In this document: piece after piece, positions 10,814 through 26,184 of the stretch
Numbering within the stretch: position 1 is the stretch's first letter
Layout of the letters: each line of letters opens with the position of its first letter
Origin: Mytilus trossulus
Taxonomy: Eukaryota
Assembly: GCF_036588685.1 (NCBI RefSeq)
Contig: NW_026963301.1
Location: forward strand, 434,001 to 498,000
Reading direction: 5' to 3'
DNA: 64,000 bases
Translations under genes and position numbers: made by a program
The notes under the pieces: generated by a model
The model's input: the letters and a program-made list of their open reading frames with translations, nothing else
The model's database searches: none
Told to the model about the DNA's origin: nothing

Positions 10814-13800
10814 AGACAGTAGAACCGGAAGTGGCTGGAGAAAGTTTTAATGAAAGTTTCAACAATGTTTTAACAATGTTTCGTATTGATGTTAGTTTAA
10901 ACCTACATATGCAATTATTTTATTAACACATTTTATTTTAAGGGCATAAAGATGATTATGGAAATACTGCAAGACAGTCTGAAAATTTCAACTTTGAGAA
11001 TATAAACTAGACGAATTAGTTTAACCATCAACATACAGACATATGAAAAATATCACTCCTTATTGTTCTTTGAACTAAGTTTTTCATTCTATTAGTTGTA
11101 AACTTTTCATACTTTGGAAAAATATCCTTGACAAGTTGAAGTAACTCCAGCAAAACGGCAAGATTTTTTGGAAGTTATACTCGGACGCCTATTTTTTTAA
11201 CATTTGTTGTTAACCTTTTTTGCCTTATAACTAATGTGCAATTAAATGTTATATACATTATATAATTCATTGTTCACTTTAATCTCATTTTGAATGTCCC
11301 ATTCTATTCAATGATCCAGAAATATTACTAGAACGCCATAAGGATGAGGTTTTGTGTTGATGTACTGAAACCAGATAAACGTTCAATAAAATGATACCAG
11401 TATTTGTGTGGTTCAAATTGCTTGAAATTTTCAAATTTTTGTTAACATCTCAAGGAAAATATTTCTCGAAATTTGATTTATATACTATCTGAGCAAAATC
11501 TGTTTTAGTAAAAAAAAATATTATTTTAGTCAAAACGGGGATCTGGTGAATTATAACTGAAACAGAAATGAAAAATTTCATTTTCAAATTCTCTTCCCAT
11601 TTTATAAATATAATTTCTTATAACCTACTTTTAATCAAATTTATAATTCTATTTTTAAATTATACAATGGTTGGATGTTGAAATATACTATAGTAAGTGC
11701 CTTGAAACTATATTTGTTTTGTTGTCAAGCCTTTTATCATTTATTTTTATCTTTCATTTTCTTTTATTATTGTGTAAGTTATCTGATTAGTTTTATTGTT
11801 TTATGTTTTTACTGTTTATTAAAAAATATATGTGATTATAATAAAGTATTTTATCATCTTCTCATTATTTATTCTTCAGTTAGTGTGTTTTCATTAATTC
11901 TGCTTCTGCCAAGTAATGGCCACAATCAACGGACTGATTATACTGCCATGGTTTGGTGCGCATAATCAGGACACAGCACCTAGTAATATCTTTTACACTG
12001 GGATTTTTAAAAATACTTCAACATTTGGCTTTTCTAGCCTGCATAAACATAGTTAGGGTTTATTAAAACATTTTATTTTCTGATTAAAAAGGTTGTGCAT
12101 GGGTTATATGTCAATTAGACAGCAATATGACCATCCTTAGCCAATTTAATTAAAATATAGTTCATTATTATGAGATTATTAGATATGAATTTAAATTAGA
12201 TTGAATCATAACAATTGAAAAAAGACCTCAAGGTCGAGATAGATTGATTGTTCGTATCTTAACTTCCATTGAGAATTGTTTCATCATATTCAGGAACAGA
12301 AAAAAAACTAATAAAAAATACAATACATAGGACCTGCAGTAGGGGATGTCTGGGTTGAAGGTCGGTGAAATTTGACGTACGTTCATTTTGACTGTGTTGG
12401 ATGTACAAATACGCAGCCACGCGCTCTCAGAATAGGGACGTTAAATCTGATGTCTTGTGCAGAAAGGTTCCACGCTGTCTGCATGTCAAGAATACCAACA
12501 ACAACACTTGGATGGTTGAGGATGAGGTACAATTTTGGCCTGTTGAAAGGCAAAATTTCGGTCCAAAATTGAAATCCGAATTACATGGGTTTAACTGCCG
12601 GTCGGAAGAAGACCTGTAATGACAACATGTTTCTATTCCTCTTTTATTGTGAAAAAATAGGGAGGGGTGTGGATACATACACACAACACAGCTGGTATAC
12701 TAACTCACCCCAATTTAAAAAAAAATCCCATACCATAATTTGTAAATTCTTGTCAACGAGGTAGTACTATAGTATATGGAATTTCTTTGTAATTTCTTCA
12801 TATAAGCACATCTCGCAGTGAAAAAAAAACTTTATACTAAGAGGGACATTTTCGCGTCTTATCTGCCCAACTTGTGTCTTCATGCTTTCAAAAATGTTTG
12901 CACTGTTTTGTTGAGAGTGACATTTATATATTGGCCAGTGAAAGACGTTGGACACAGTGAATTGAAATTTAAATGACAACGTACGGCATATTTTATTTCA
13001 AAATGATAAATAAGGTTTAAACGGAATATAACAATGTTTCCTTCGATGAAGACCAGCATTCGTCTCGTATTGAAAATTTACAAATTCTGTAAATGGATTT
13101 TAATCTTAAATTAGTCATGATGATCCATATGTTTAATGACAACAAGTTTTCTGTTGTCTTTTTTTCACGAATTTATGAAAAAAGTATGTTCACCCGTTTA
13201 ACATCTACGCTAGCCAAGGGTTACGATCCACTTCCCTCTGTTGTCTTTGCAACTATGTACACAGTTGAGTAGTTTGAAATCACAGTCATACCTCGACCCT
13301 GAGACTCAGGTCGATCACAGTTATTCAAATCATTGCCGGAGAACTTTTTATATCAGGATCTAGATTGTCTGAAACGTTCTTCATAAACGTACTTCTGAAA
13401 ATGAAAACTATTTGATTTAAAGAAATATTTGGTTATCAAAATTAGAAATCGACAGATCATGAAAAGGGGTGTTAACACAAGATAAATACTTGTTTGAAAA
13501 GTCAGACAACTTGAAAACACCTACAATGTAAATAAAGTAAAGATAATGTGTAAAGGACGTTTTTGTAGAAAGGGAGATAACCATGAAGAAAATTACATAT
13601 CTATTAAAGTCACAATTTGTAACCTCCCTTGTAATTAAATACTTGAAATATTGCAAAATTTTATTAAATTAAAAGTGGCTACAAATCAAACAAAAAGGAA
13701 GTGTGTGTTAATGAACATTTAACAAAGAGGACGGTAATTTTGATGTCAACATTAATAGTAAACAATGTTCCAAGGTGATTATATTGTTGCCGTTTGATTA

Positions 13801-15269
13801 GGCGTTCAGTGGCAAGTATTTCATGCATATTTTAAGAACAATTCAATCAATCAATCAATTAGGAAGGTTCTGCAGAATTTGTTTCTTTTCAGTGGAGGGA
13901 AGGTATGTGGTCTGTCATTTGACACGATGGCTTGGTAGGCAGGGTCTTGGGCGTTTCTTTTAAAAATATCCCTAGAAGACCTACTACCCCCGTTCCTCCC
14001 AATGTTATTATATGGCTACCTTTTCCAGTAACGTACAAAGATCGTGCCGCTCTCTTATGTGCATCTGAGCGATTTTTTCAGTTATTATTTTTTTTTTTAC
14101 AGTGTGGGGTTTTCCGTTCGTTAAGTTACGTAAATACTTTGTAATTTTCAACGGTTCTGCTATAAAAAGTTGTCTGCAGCATGGTATAATCAATGGCAAT
14201 GACAGAAAGAGGCACAAAAGACTAATAAAACAAGGAAACACAAAAGGCATAATACCTGATTCCGTTGAACAGATTGAACAACACATGAAAATGCGTCACT
14301 ACTATTTATACATTAAGTGTTTGAACTTTTTTTTTTAATAAATTCAAATTGTATAGAAAGAGTTTTCACGTCTTGATCGTTTATACTGTAAATCCTAAAT
14401 TTTCTAAAACCTAAAGATATATTTTTCGTTGAAATCGATATGTCTTTGAAATTTAAATTTATACTACAAACTTGACAAAGTTGCTTCTATGAACTTTTCC
14501 TCACATAGTTTATGAGTCCGACCGAGTCGTGAACTATTAAGACTGGAACTTTTTATTTGCAAAACACTCATTTCCAAATCCGCCCGCGCCGCCTCAAATT
14601 AGAGCTACAGTGTCGTGTATATAACCAAAATGTGCGGAATGACATGGGATTTAATAATTTCTTTGGTTTTCTGTTTCCAATCTATTTTTTCTGCAATTTG
14701 ATTTATATAAACATGGGATTTTCAATATCCCATGGGAGAGGGCAAAATTCCATGGGATTGACCATTATCCCATATAGTTCCATAAAGAACAATACCAAGC
14801 ATTCTTAATACAGATACGAGAATAATATTCTTTTTAGGTCAAGGTCTTATTATTTTTTTCCCATTCATAGAAAACATTAGTTAAACAAGACTGTTTGGAA
14901 ATAGAACATACGGCTTGTAAATTGTGTACGTGTACCATCATCAAATGAGCAACTATTTAATTATTGTTAACCTCGTATACCTGAATACACATGTTTGTGT
15001 CACGCTCCATCGATATTCAAAAAGTAAGTTTATATTACTTTTTATTTGACTGACCCATTTACTTTTCCTTTACATCTTTTACAAAACCACCCTTTGCAAT
15101 GTTTAATGAGTCGTGCAGAGAAACCTACTACAGTAAAGAATAAATCAACGTATCGATTTTTACAGTTATAAGAAGTACAATAACGTCGAAAATGTATTTG
15201 CCCATGCAGAATTAGAAAAGGTGGTATTCAATTTTTTTGTACGACAACTTTTTTGTATGACATCTCAAA

Positions 15270-16130
15270 ACTAGAGGCTCTCAAGAGCCTGTGTCGCTCA
15301 CCTTGGACTAGGTACACATTAAACAAAGGACACAGATGGATTCATGACAAAATTGTGTTTTGGTGATGGTGATGTGTTTGTAGATATTACTTTACTATAC
15401 ACTCTTGCTGTTAACAATATATCTATCTATAATGCACTTTGCCCAGTATTTAGAGAGAAAAACATTTTGTAAAAAAATACCAAAAATTTTCAAAATATGA
15501 AAATAGTTAAAATTTACTATAAAAGGCAATGACTCCTAGCTAAAGGGGTCAATTGACCATTTTGCGCAATACATGTTGACTTATTTGTAGATCATTATTG
15601 CTGTTTAAAGTTTATCTATATAGACTATCTATAATAGCATTCAAGATAAAAACCAAAAACGGCAAAATTTCCTTGAAATTACTAATTCAGGGGTGGAAAC
15701 CAAACAACCGGTTGTCCAATTCATCTGAAAATTTCAGGGCAGATAGATCTTGACTTGATAAACAATTTTACTCACGTTAGATTTGCTCTAAGGCTTTGGA
15801 TTCAGAGTTGTAAGCCAAAATCTACATTTGAACCCTATGTTCTATTTTTAGCAATGGTGACCATCTTGGTTGGCTGGCCTGGTCATCAGTATATACCCCA
15901 ATGATAGTTGTGTTCAAGCTTGGTTAAATTTGGCCCAGTAGTTTCGGAGAAGATTTTTGTAAAAGATTACAAAATTTAAGAAAAACTGGTAAAATTGTCT
16001 ATAAAGGGCAATAACTCCTTTTAAAAAGGGTTAACTGAACATTTTGGTCATGTTAACTTATTTGTATATATCTTACTTTGCTGAACATTATTGCTGCTCA
16101 CAGTTTATCTCTATCTATAATAATATTCAA
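15270..16130 (-). mobile_element. HINE/pearl-like element, partial; same family as 34841-36123
   Basis: Starts ACTAGAGGCTCTCAAGAGCCTGTGTCGCTCACCT, the reverse complement of the 3' end at 36090-36123. Internal sequence also matches. Confidence 0.7.
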
Positions 16131-16803
16131 ACGGCCAATTTTCTGACAATATACTATCCATATTAGAAAAACAAATAAAACAAAGATAAACCTACGAAAT
16201 TGCAGTACAACAGGGCTACTGGCTTGGAAACAGATACATACAGCATTTGGTGGGGTAAATATATATAGTGCATCATAAGCCTATGAAGGCTGGCTGACAT
16301 AAAACATGTTTCATAATTGTATTATAATGTTATATCAGGCTGCAATTTAATAAAACAATGTATATACATACAAAAAGTTGTTCAGATTGCCAAGTCACAA
16401 TCAGAGACTGAAAGACGTAGAAGTTGGTAGCAATATGTTACTGTACGGCCTACGACAATGAGCAAAAGCCATATAGCATAGAAAGCTATAACTGGCACCA
16501 AATTGAGAAATCAAACGTTAAAAAAACACGCTCACTGACAACATATCATACCTTCACGGTCTCCACGTGCTCGCTTTTAACCAACGATATTAATAGAAGC
16601 GTATAGGAGGAAAGATAATTTATATTTTGAAAAACTAAATCAATGCAAGTACCCATAAAATCGGTCGGTGTACATGTGTTTCTGCCTTTTTTGTAACGAA
16701 AGTCTGGCCTGCAATCCTGCTTTATGCTGACAGCAATTTGGAGCAAAGATAAGTTAAAAACAGTCATATTACTGCCTCCTACAATGCAATATTCTTCACT
16801 TAA

Positions 16804-17081
16804 GGTGGTACCCAACACCTGAACTAAAATTAATTTGGCTCGTTTAATTTTCCTTTAATTTTTACAAAGTATTAACTTTGACCCTTTGACAAAAATATAA
16901 AAATTGCAAAAATTTGAACCAACCGTTTTAGCAAAAAAATTACACTGGTTATATAGCAGTTTTACAAAACTCATTTTGATCATTGAGAAGCTTTATATTT
17001 CCTTAACAACACAACGTAATTAAAATGTTTAGCTGATTTTACAGAGTTATCTCCCTGTATATTATAGTGTTAGGTACCACC
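16804..17081. mobile_element. Kolobok-like MITE
   Basis: TTAA TSD (16800-16803, 17082-17085); TIR GGTGGTACCCAACAC / GTGTTAGGTACCACC. Confidence 0.75.
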
Positions 17082-17555
17082 TTAAAGCATCTGCTCTATC
17101 ACCCTCGCATCTACATATTATTTGTACAGAATCTTTTATTACTACAAAGCAATCTTTGCAATAGTCTTTTTATGGTTCTAATGGTGACCTATTGAGTAGA
17201 AAAAAATGTGTTCCTCTTTTGGCACTTCGGCCCCAGCAATGTTTGATATGAAAGGTTTCCTCGCAGTTTATTAGGTATCGTATCTATTTCTGATTTTCAC
17301 GACATTGAATTAATTCAATTTTTTTTTTCTTCCGAACAATGTGTCATACTTCTTAAACTATATGACTAGTAAAATAAAGATAGCTTAACTACAGCCTATA
17401 TTCAAAAGAATACAGGAAAAAAACATTAAAGGAACAAGCAGTCGTAAATAAAATACTATATAATAGTTAACGAGAATATCAAACTTGTCTCGAGACAGTT
17501 TCTGGAAAAGTAGCTGCCATGTATTTGTCTAATATGAGGCAGGCATTACCTGTAA

Positions 17556-18014
17556 ATGGGGACGAAGTCTGTATGAATTATTTTTTTGTAACTTTTAAAA
17601 ATATTTGTTAAAAAAGAAACGGAAATACCGTAACGTTTCCGATTTTGGTTCTGTTTATAGGGATTTTAGTTGTGACGTTATTTAAGTATGACGTCACATG
17701 CAATGTAAACAAAGAAACGCTATCATCAGGTAACGTTTTGTCATTTCAAGAAATTATTAAAAATGAAATTGGTATTGCGTTCCTTCCTATTTATGCTAGA
17801 CTGATAAATATATATATTTTACTCAAAGATTCATAAAAACGTGACCGGAAAAAGGAAATACATTGTAGATTTCTGCGCAGGTCCGGGATTTAAAAACATG
17901 ACATAAAAAAAATTGAACGATTTTGAGTTCATTAGTACAATGAAAAATTCGGGAAATTTTCCCGAATTTTTTTTTTATTGAATTTTCTACTGTTATTGGG
18001 GACTTCGTCCCCAT
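17556..18014. mobile_element. MITE, unclassified
   Basis: Perfect 14-bp inverted ends ATGGGGACGAAGTC / GACTTCGTCCCCAT; TSD unclear. Confidence 0.6.
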
Positions 18015-19591
18015 ATTATGCAACTACATTGCATTTTGAATCGGTGATTAGTTCTCTGCATAAGTTGTGGATAGTTTGAAGAACTGTACAGTTTTCTGGA
18101 CACTTTTCTGACAGAAGCGGGAACCGTTATGGACAGTTCTGTTATACAATTCACAACAAATAGGCCAGGGGGCCCGGAGGGGGGGGGGGCGAATTCTATT
18201 ATGGTACCGAAGCACATATGTATTATTTCAAAAGAATATAAAGTGCGATGTGAACTCGGGTACATAAAAACACTCCCAATACAATGAAATAACCACTATG
18301 GTGTTGTCATGAACTAGAAGTTATAACATAAGTTCTAAAATAAAACGAATGAAATTTCTGCAATATATTATTTCCACTAGAATTTTTTTTATCAAGTACT
18401 TTTTCTTGATGAACTATAAAAGAGGGTATATAAAATAATTGTTATTACAGGGATTAAATATTACAGCATAGTTTATAATAAAATTTCCAGAGGAACTTCA
18501 AAAATCTGGTAGGAGGAACGTTGACAATGCAATACAAATATTTTACCTGTTATAAAAACCACGGAAGTGTTCCTCGACCAGTATACTATTGTCTTAATTT
18601 CAAAGGATAATAATATATCATAATAGCTAATGTAGTATTTTTTATAATAATCACGGAAACATATGAAGAATATTTTTCTTCACTTTTTACAGACGTCAAC
18701 ATGCGTAAAATTGGAATTCTCCCAATCCTTTTATTAACAATTGTTGTTAAGCAGAACCTGACTTCAGTATATTTAAAATCAAAATTGGCCATTTTAAAAC
18801 GGAGAAAGAAAAGTTGGTCAGCTGTGCATCACAATGAAGATCAGTGTCTGATTAAGATGTGTATAGATGTATGCCACCCAATTTTGTTTTTTGAGAAATT
18901 ATTGCATAATGTTGATTAAAATCGTTTCAAATAATTTCGTCTTGGCGGTTTTATTTTGGCTATTTGGAACAGCTAGTCTACGCCTTCTAAAGACACTTGA
19001 TACGCACCTAGCAAGAGAGTCAAATTCTGATAACACAACCAACGACATGAAGAATATTTTTGTTAGACTGATTTGATAATCAAATTTGCATAAACATGCA
19101 CAAACTATGACAATGAAACGTATAACTGTCGGCGCTTAAAGTACATAGTTTATTTAATCAGGCCTCAGTGATTCCCTATATAATCAACCAAATGTTTCCA
19201 ACTAAAAGGGCAGGCAGTCTCTCCCTTAAATATGCCTCTGGTGAATCAATGAATACAATTTGCAAAAAAAGACCGGAAGAAGTCTATAGAAATGTTTCAT
19301 TTTCAATGAATTTTACGCGTACCCTTTTATCGGTTATTTTTCCTCTTTATTCACAAAGGGATATCTCATCCTGCTTCCTTATTGCGCGCGTCTTCACATT
19401 TATAATTTGAATGTTTCTTTAACGGTTCCTTTAACTCTCTGGTTGTAAATCAACAATATAACTTTACAAATACTTCTGTATTTTGTAACTTCCCCTGGAC
19501 TTTGTTAAAACGTGCCAGTGCTCATCTTAGTACACGTTTACCTGACTAATTAATACGCATCCGCATTTAACGTAGTATTTCCTTCAACAAA

Positions 19592-19604
19592 ATGGAAGCG
19601 CAAG
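19592..19604 (+). CDS. LITAF: LITAF-like gene 3, probable first coding exon (MEAQ plus 1 nt)
   Basis: Good start context aaaATGG and strong donor AAG|GTAAGA. Phase 1 joins the exon at 25047 to give MEAQAPPPY. Support is limited because the exon is so short. Confidence 0.65.
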
Positions 19605-21749
19605 GTAAGACGTTTCTTCTACTTAAGATCAGTTGTCATAATTTGTTTTATGTAATATATACATTTATAGAATATAAAGAAATAAAAGGAATAAAATAGA
19701 CGAGAGGTACTTCGTCAATAAAAATCACTTAAATGTTATAAAACTGTATATTTATTTTTCTAAATAGAAGGAAATATGACAATAAGCTTAACTGATATAC
19801 GTTTTTTCATCTTTTTTTTCCTTCGTTTTTTCGTCTTTCCCCTTAACTTTTCTTAAGTTTTGTTTTCACTTTTCAAGCGTTTTTTTTTTTAATAATTCTA
19901 GTCTCTCCTTTATAGTAAGTATAAAATAATTCATAGTAATTACCTGATGATAAACGACATAAGTTTTTACAATCTTATCCAGAAGACATGCACGTAAAAG
20001 TTTTTGACAATTAACACTATTTATTTCAGTAGAAACTGTAAGTTGTACAGACAACTGAAATATGTCGTTTTTCAAAATCTGAAACAATTTTATAAATGAA
20101 AGCAAACGGCCTATTTCAAACTTAACCAAAAACATATTTCACGGACAACGACATGCACTTAAGTATGTGGCGGGACTAAAGATGTCATATGGGGAAAAAA
20201 CAATGACAACATCAAATCAAATGTTCAATTCGATTGGAAAGGGTTCTACTCTTCAAATCTGCATGTGCAGGCAAAGACACAACTTACACATTAAAGAACT
20301 ATATACACAGAACTGTAAACTTACTAAATTCTAAAGAGTAATCTTGTTCCTAGGGACTATCTATGATCCCTCTTGTAACATAGCTCTTTGTGGACCTTTC
20401 TTTACTTTCGAAAAATTGTGTTTAAAACCCCATTGTGCAAGGATAAATCACCAACGTTCCTGGATGTGTTAAAAAATTAGAGAAAGAGGGAAAAAAACAC
20501 ATACTTTTACTATCCGTAGTTCCTATATTTACTTTTAGGTAATCTCGGTTAAAGAGGCAAAAAAACCATTTACCACTGTCTCTGAGTTCATGATACAATG
20601 TTCCTGTTATAATGGAATAAAATTACATATAATTTCAAATTATCACATATGATAAAGTTACATGTATGACTATGTTTGTAGTTTCGGTGAACCCTGATAT
20701 TTCTTTATACTACTCCCTCAAATTTAAAAAGTAAAAGTAGCCCTACTCTGAAACAAAAAAGTGCTTATGATTTCTTTGTTTACTTAAAGTAACCGACCTA
20801 TTTGTAGAAATGAAACTTTTAGGGAAAATTTCTAACCAAAATTGACTTGTCTATGAGTTTGCATTAAAAAAAATCAGGATTAATGCGCTCCATTGTATAC
20901 TGATTTAACATTTCCAGAAAATCAGGATTTATTTTGGTAGTACCTCAGTTCGAGGCGTCTCTTTTTTCTTATAAGACTTTAAAGGTAAGTTGAAAATTGG
21001 CATTTAGAAAGGTGATACATGTATAATTCAGGATATACCTGGTTTCTAAGAATCAAAACTTTATATCAAATTAAAGCTGTGAAAATTGCAAAATATGGTT
21101 GAACAGATAGGGATTTTAAATGGTGGTCTTACACCTACATGTATATAATGTATAGCTTCTTTCACTTGTATCCAAAAAGCTACATGTAGTTTAATAAAGG
21201 CATAACGCCGCGAGTCTTCAAAGGTTAATTTCTGACAAAATATAATATTACTTTCCGATGGATTGCCATCTTCGCCTAAGTAAAATAACAAAATCCAATG
21301 AAAAAAACCACAAAATCCAAAACCATAATAGTAGAAGAAATAGAAATGGTAATTTGGAAAAAAAATTATGCAAAAGTCATGAAAAAAATTATCTTCAACT
21401 CTCAGCATTTGCATAATTATTCACACTGTTTGATGTCAAGGGCGACATGTATTGACTTTAATTTGTTTTGTCTGTTACGCATGTAAATGAATTATATGTT
21501 TAACCTCATGTAACACATTTACATGCGAGTGTTTCCTAATAAATCGGATTCCTCAATGTAAATTTATGAAAAGAATTCCAAAACAGAGAGGCTTCATTTA
21601 AAAACAATTGTATTTAAAAAAATTTATGACACAATGATTCATTACTGCAATTGGGTAAAATTAAATATTTTCAGTTGTAATCAAATCGTCATATTCATTT
21701 CTTAGATCATCACCCAATGACCCCATCAATCAAAAAGCAGAGTCTTAAA

Positions 21750-21950
21750 AATAGGCTGAACTCCGATGAAAATTCAAAACGAAAAGTCCCTAATTAAATG
21801 TCAAAATCGAAAGCTTCAATACATCAAACGAATGGATAACAACTGTCATATTCCTGGGTAGGTACATGCATTTTCTTATGTAGAAAATGGTGGATTAAAC
21901 CTGGTTTTATAGCTAGCGAAATCATCACTTACACGGCAGTCGCATCAAAT
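21750..21950. repeat. Interspersed repeat; further copies at ~48310-48520 and ~61160-61370
   Basis: Shared block CTGAACTCC..GAAAATTCAAAA..AAAGTCCC..CATCAAACGAATGGATAACAACTGTCATATT..GGTTTTATAGCTAG. Confidence 0.65.
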
Positions 21951-23524
21951 TCCAAATTCCAAAAGACGTCCTCTGAGAATGGTCTCGACCTGACTATGCA
22001 TTTATATTTTTTTATAATTTATAATTTGCCACTGGAATTCAATATTAACACCAATCGGTCCATTAATTAAAAGACATTTACATTTTTTTTCAATAAATCA
22101 CAGTATGCCTGATATAAAATATATTTTTTTTTTAATCACGAAGTGCCTCGTTGCAACCATATAATAAGTCTTTTTACTCAATATTTTAGTAAGAACCGAT
22201 TAAGAAATGTTTGTTTTTGCATTATCGCCATTTTTGAAAAAAACATGTTTTCTAGTATACCCTTTCTGATATTTTAAAAGTTTCAGCGAATTTTGTGTTA
22301 TACATATTTAAAATTGTATACCATAAATAAGGCATCCATAAAAACTGTCAAAAGTACTTTAACATGTTTAATTATATTAAAGTATTTAAATTCAAACTGA
22401 ACTTGATCTTAAAGCGGGACCCTCTCAAAATATACATCGATGCTTCGTCATATGATTGTGACTATGCACCTCGTGATTAAATAAAAAATATTGGTATCAC
22501 ATGCATATTTATTAAGATATATACCAAAAAAATTCTTTCAATTTAAATTTACATCATTTTCATAGCCGTTAATATTTTAATCTGTGTGCTATGTACTCAA
22601 TAACTGCAACTATATTTTTATTGATTGGTGTCAATGATATATGAAAGAATATTATGCAGTTTCAATAAAAGTTTGAATTTTAAGTTTACAACACATGCAC
22701 TGGAAGACTTCACACTAAAATTAAACTATGATATAGAAAAAGTTTTAAAAAATCGGTCAACATGCTGGGCTGTCAGTGTAATGGTGAGCTATTATAACAC
22801 AGCAATAGACCTAAACTACAAAATTTATAAATGTATTATGCTTGTTCAATGATATTCAGCGAGGCAAAATGGAGAAAACAAAAGTGAAAAAAAGGATGCA
22901 AAGCTACAGATATTGTCTGCGCTTATTAAATTCTGTTCCAAGTCAAGGAATTCGTCTGTGGTTGATGCTTTCTTTGATTTTTTTAAAAATCGGTGTGGAT
23001 GGACACATATTTCTCAGTAATTCGCAACATGTCGAGAATTGTGGCAATTTTTTATTTGTTTCCAAAGGCAGTTGCTTTGGCATGTAAAATTAAGTATTCT
23101 AATAACACATCACAGTTTTATAAATTGTGTAAGTATTTAATTATGACTCTAACTAAAGGATGCAAGTCCAATCATACCGTCCCAATTTAAAGGAAGGGAT
23201 ATGAGCGCTCGCTAACATGTTTTACTCTGAATGTGCCTGTTCCTAATGAGGATCATGTTATTCAAAGGATTTCGTTGGTTGCTGTGTAGCATATTTGTTT
23301 ATCGTTCTTTATTTTGTACATAAATCAGGCCTTTAGATTTTCGATTGAATTATTTTACTTTTGTCATTTCGAGGCCTTTTATATCTTACTATGCGGTATG
23401 GGTTTTACTCATTGCTTAAAACCGTACGTTGACACATAGGTGTTTATTTCTGTATCATTTGGTCTCTTGTGTATAGATGGCTTATTGACAATCATACTAC
23501 GTCTTATTTTTATATAAGACATAA

Positions 23525-24830
23525 TTAGGGCCCCGCCTTTAGGCGGGTCGCCCTTTAGTGATCAGTCTGTCCGTCCGTCCGTCTGTCAGTCCGTAACACT
23601 TTCGTGTCCGCTCCATATCTAGAGAACCATCATGATTTCATACTTAATACTCAACATGATTATTAACCAACACCAGAGGGTGTGTCATGTTGTATGTACA
23701 ACTTCCTAGGTCAAAGGTCAAGGTCAAAAACTTTGGTTTCAGTTGACAACCCCGTGTCCTGTGGTGAAGATTGTGTCAGCTCCATATCTAGATAACCATT
23801 ATGATTTTAAAGTTTATACTTGACATCCATTTTAACAACCACCAGATGGGCGTGTCATGATGTATGTACAACTTCCTAGGTGAAAGGTCAAGGTAAAAAA
23901 ATTTGGTTTCGAGTTGACAACCCCGTGTCCTGTGGTGAAGATCGTATCCGCTCCATATCTAGATTACCGTTATGATTTCAAAGTTTATACTTGACATCCA
24001 TTTTAACCACCACCAGAGGGCATGTCATGATGTATGTACAACTTCCTAGGTCAAAGATCAACGTCAAAAAAACTTTGGTTTCAGTTGACAATCCTGTGTC
24101 CTGTGGTGAAGATTGTGTCCGCTCTATAACTTGAGAACCGTTATGATTTCAAATATTATACTTGACACCCATTTTAACCAACACCAGAGGGTGTGTCATG
24201 ATGTATGTACCACTTCCTAGGTCAAAGGTATGTCTGTCTGTTTGTCTGTCCATCGCTAACACATTTGATCCACACTATATTTTGAGAGGACAGCTGTTAT
24301 TATTTCATACTTTATACCTGACATTTTCAACTTAACATATATATTAACCAACACCAGAGAATGTGTCATAATGTATGCTTCCTAGGTGAAAGGCCAGTCT
24401 GTCGGTCTGTCCATCCGTTCGTTGTTCTTAACAAATTGTGTCCGCTCTACCTCTCGAGAACCGTTAATATTTCATACTTTATACTTGGTGGGTCATAATA
24501 TATTTAAGGCATAATTCTAAAAATATGTGACAAATATCAATTGGGCAGCACCTTTAAACATATTGTTCAAACATCAATCCATATATCAAAAAGTCACCTT
24601 AGAGTAGTCAACAATGAGTTCACATCATGCAGTCATATCACTATTATACTATGAAAGTAAGATGAGAATATTTATCAGTTTTAACTTAAAATCTTAGATT
24701 AAAATCACACATGAGACTATTTAATAACTTCAAATAATGCTTCATATCAGATTATCCATACAACTTATTTACCCCACGTTATTGACAGCGGGGCCCACAG
24801 AGATGGCTCCCATCTCAATGATATCTAATT
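23525..24830 (+). mobile_element. HINE-type element with internal ~170-bp tandem array
   Basis: 5' hairpin and sub-terminal IR GGCCCCGC / GCGGGGCC, (GTCC)n microsatellite, core repeats at ~23605, 23773, 23944 and 24115, 3' palindrome GAGATGG-CTC-CCATCTC and T-rich end. Confidence 0.8.
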
Positions 24831-25046
24831 TTTTTTTTCTATTGTGAAATTTGATTTAAATACACGCAATTTAAATATTTTTGAAATTGTCTCCCTAAGC
24901 ATTTTGTATGAATCGAGCTTTATAGGTTATTCAACACACAAATGAACAGAAAAAATAATATTACATATATGTTTTTGGTGCTTGTCTTTTTCCCAAATTT
25001 AATAAATGGTTGTCATATAAATCAAAGACATATTTATATGTTGTAG

Positions 25047-25257
25047 CCCCGCCTCCTTATGGTCCACCAAGCTACCCACAAGGCCAGACACAACAGACGA
25101 TAGTTGTAGCACAACCGACGGTATTGGTGTCCCCACAGTACGGCGACTCTCCGGTAAGGATACAGTGTCCGGCATGTAAAGCAGATGTGATGACTTCAAC
25201 TTCTTGTGAACCTGGGATGCTGGCGTGGATTATTTGTTTAGTTTTGTTTTTCACTGG
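25047..25257 (+). CDS. LITAF: LITAF-like gene 3, exon 2
   Basis: ttgtag acceptor. Translates PPPYGPPSYPQGQ...YGDSPVRIQCPACKADVMTSTSCEPGMLAWIICLVLFFTG. Donor GG|GTATG. Confidence 0.92.
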
Positions 25258-26184
25258 GTATGCTGTAAATTCAGAAATTATTGCGCGCTTTTATTTTTGC
25301 GATTGTTGAATATTGGACACAGATCCGATTTGATTATTGCGATTTGAGGAAAGGTAAAATACAAATTTTGCAAGGGCATTTTTGTGGGGAAAAAACCCAT
25401 ATACCTTAATACATTGTATAACACGTGTCACCATATTAAAGTATATAATTATATACGATTTTTGACAGAGACAAGTACATGTCTGTGAAATAATTCCATC
25501 AAATTGAATGCGCGAGTTAAAATTTGTCAGCGCAATTTTCGCAAAAATAAAAACATCGCATTGATTTCTTTCTTGAATATCATATCATTGAATTAAATAA
25601 CTTGTTCATTAACTATCAGTATCGACAAGATTTTTGACCGTATAAGTGATCAAAATTGCATTGGAATTTTCTGGTAATTATGTATGATTATTTAATTCAA
25701 GAGTATTTCAAAATCATTACGTTATCCATGATGTGAATTTTAAAAGCTCTTTAATCTGACTACACAGTCTATAAAAATAATAAAATGCCGCTCAAAAGCA
25801 GTTTCTTTGATATTGACATTTCATTTCTATAAATTATTTATGTGATTATAACTTTAATAAATAGATACAACTCCCTCTGGATGTTGAACCGCAAGTGTTC
25901 AAAACTGCATACGAATTATAATATATTAAGTTATATTTAAATTAATCAATAATAAAATCAATTTTATAAATAACACCGATGAAAAAAGTCCCGCTGGACT
26001 TGGAAATAGCAAGAAGGTTTGAGTTCAACTAAAATGAGTGAAGAAAAAGTATATTAAAAAAATTGATGGTAATAAGACAATGTGATTATTATTAATTAAG
26101 TTCAGTGGAAATAATAGTGATTTTTCATTTATGACTATGTGGCATTTGTGCTTGTTCCATGGTAAAAGTTATGATATGAAAACC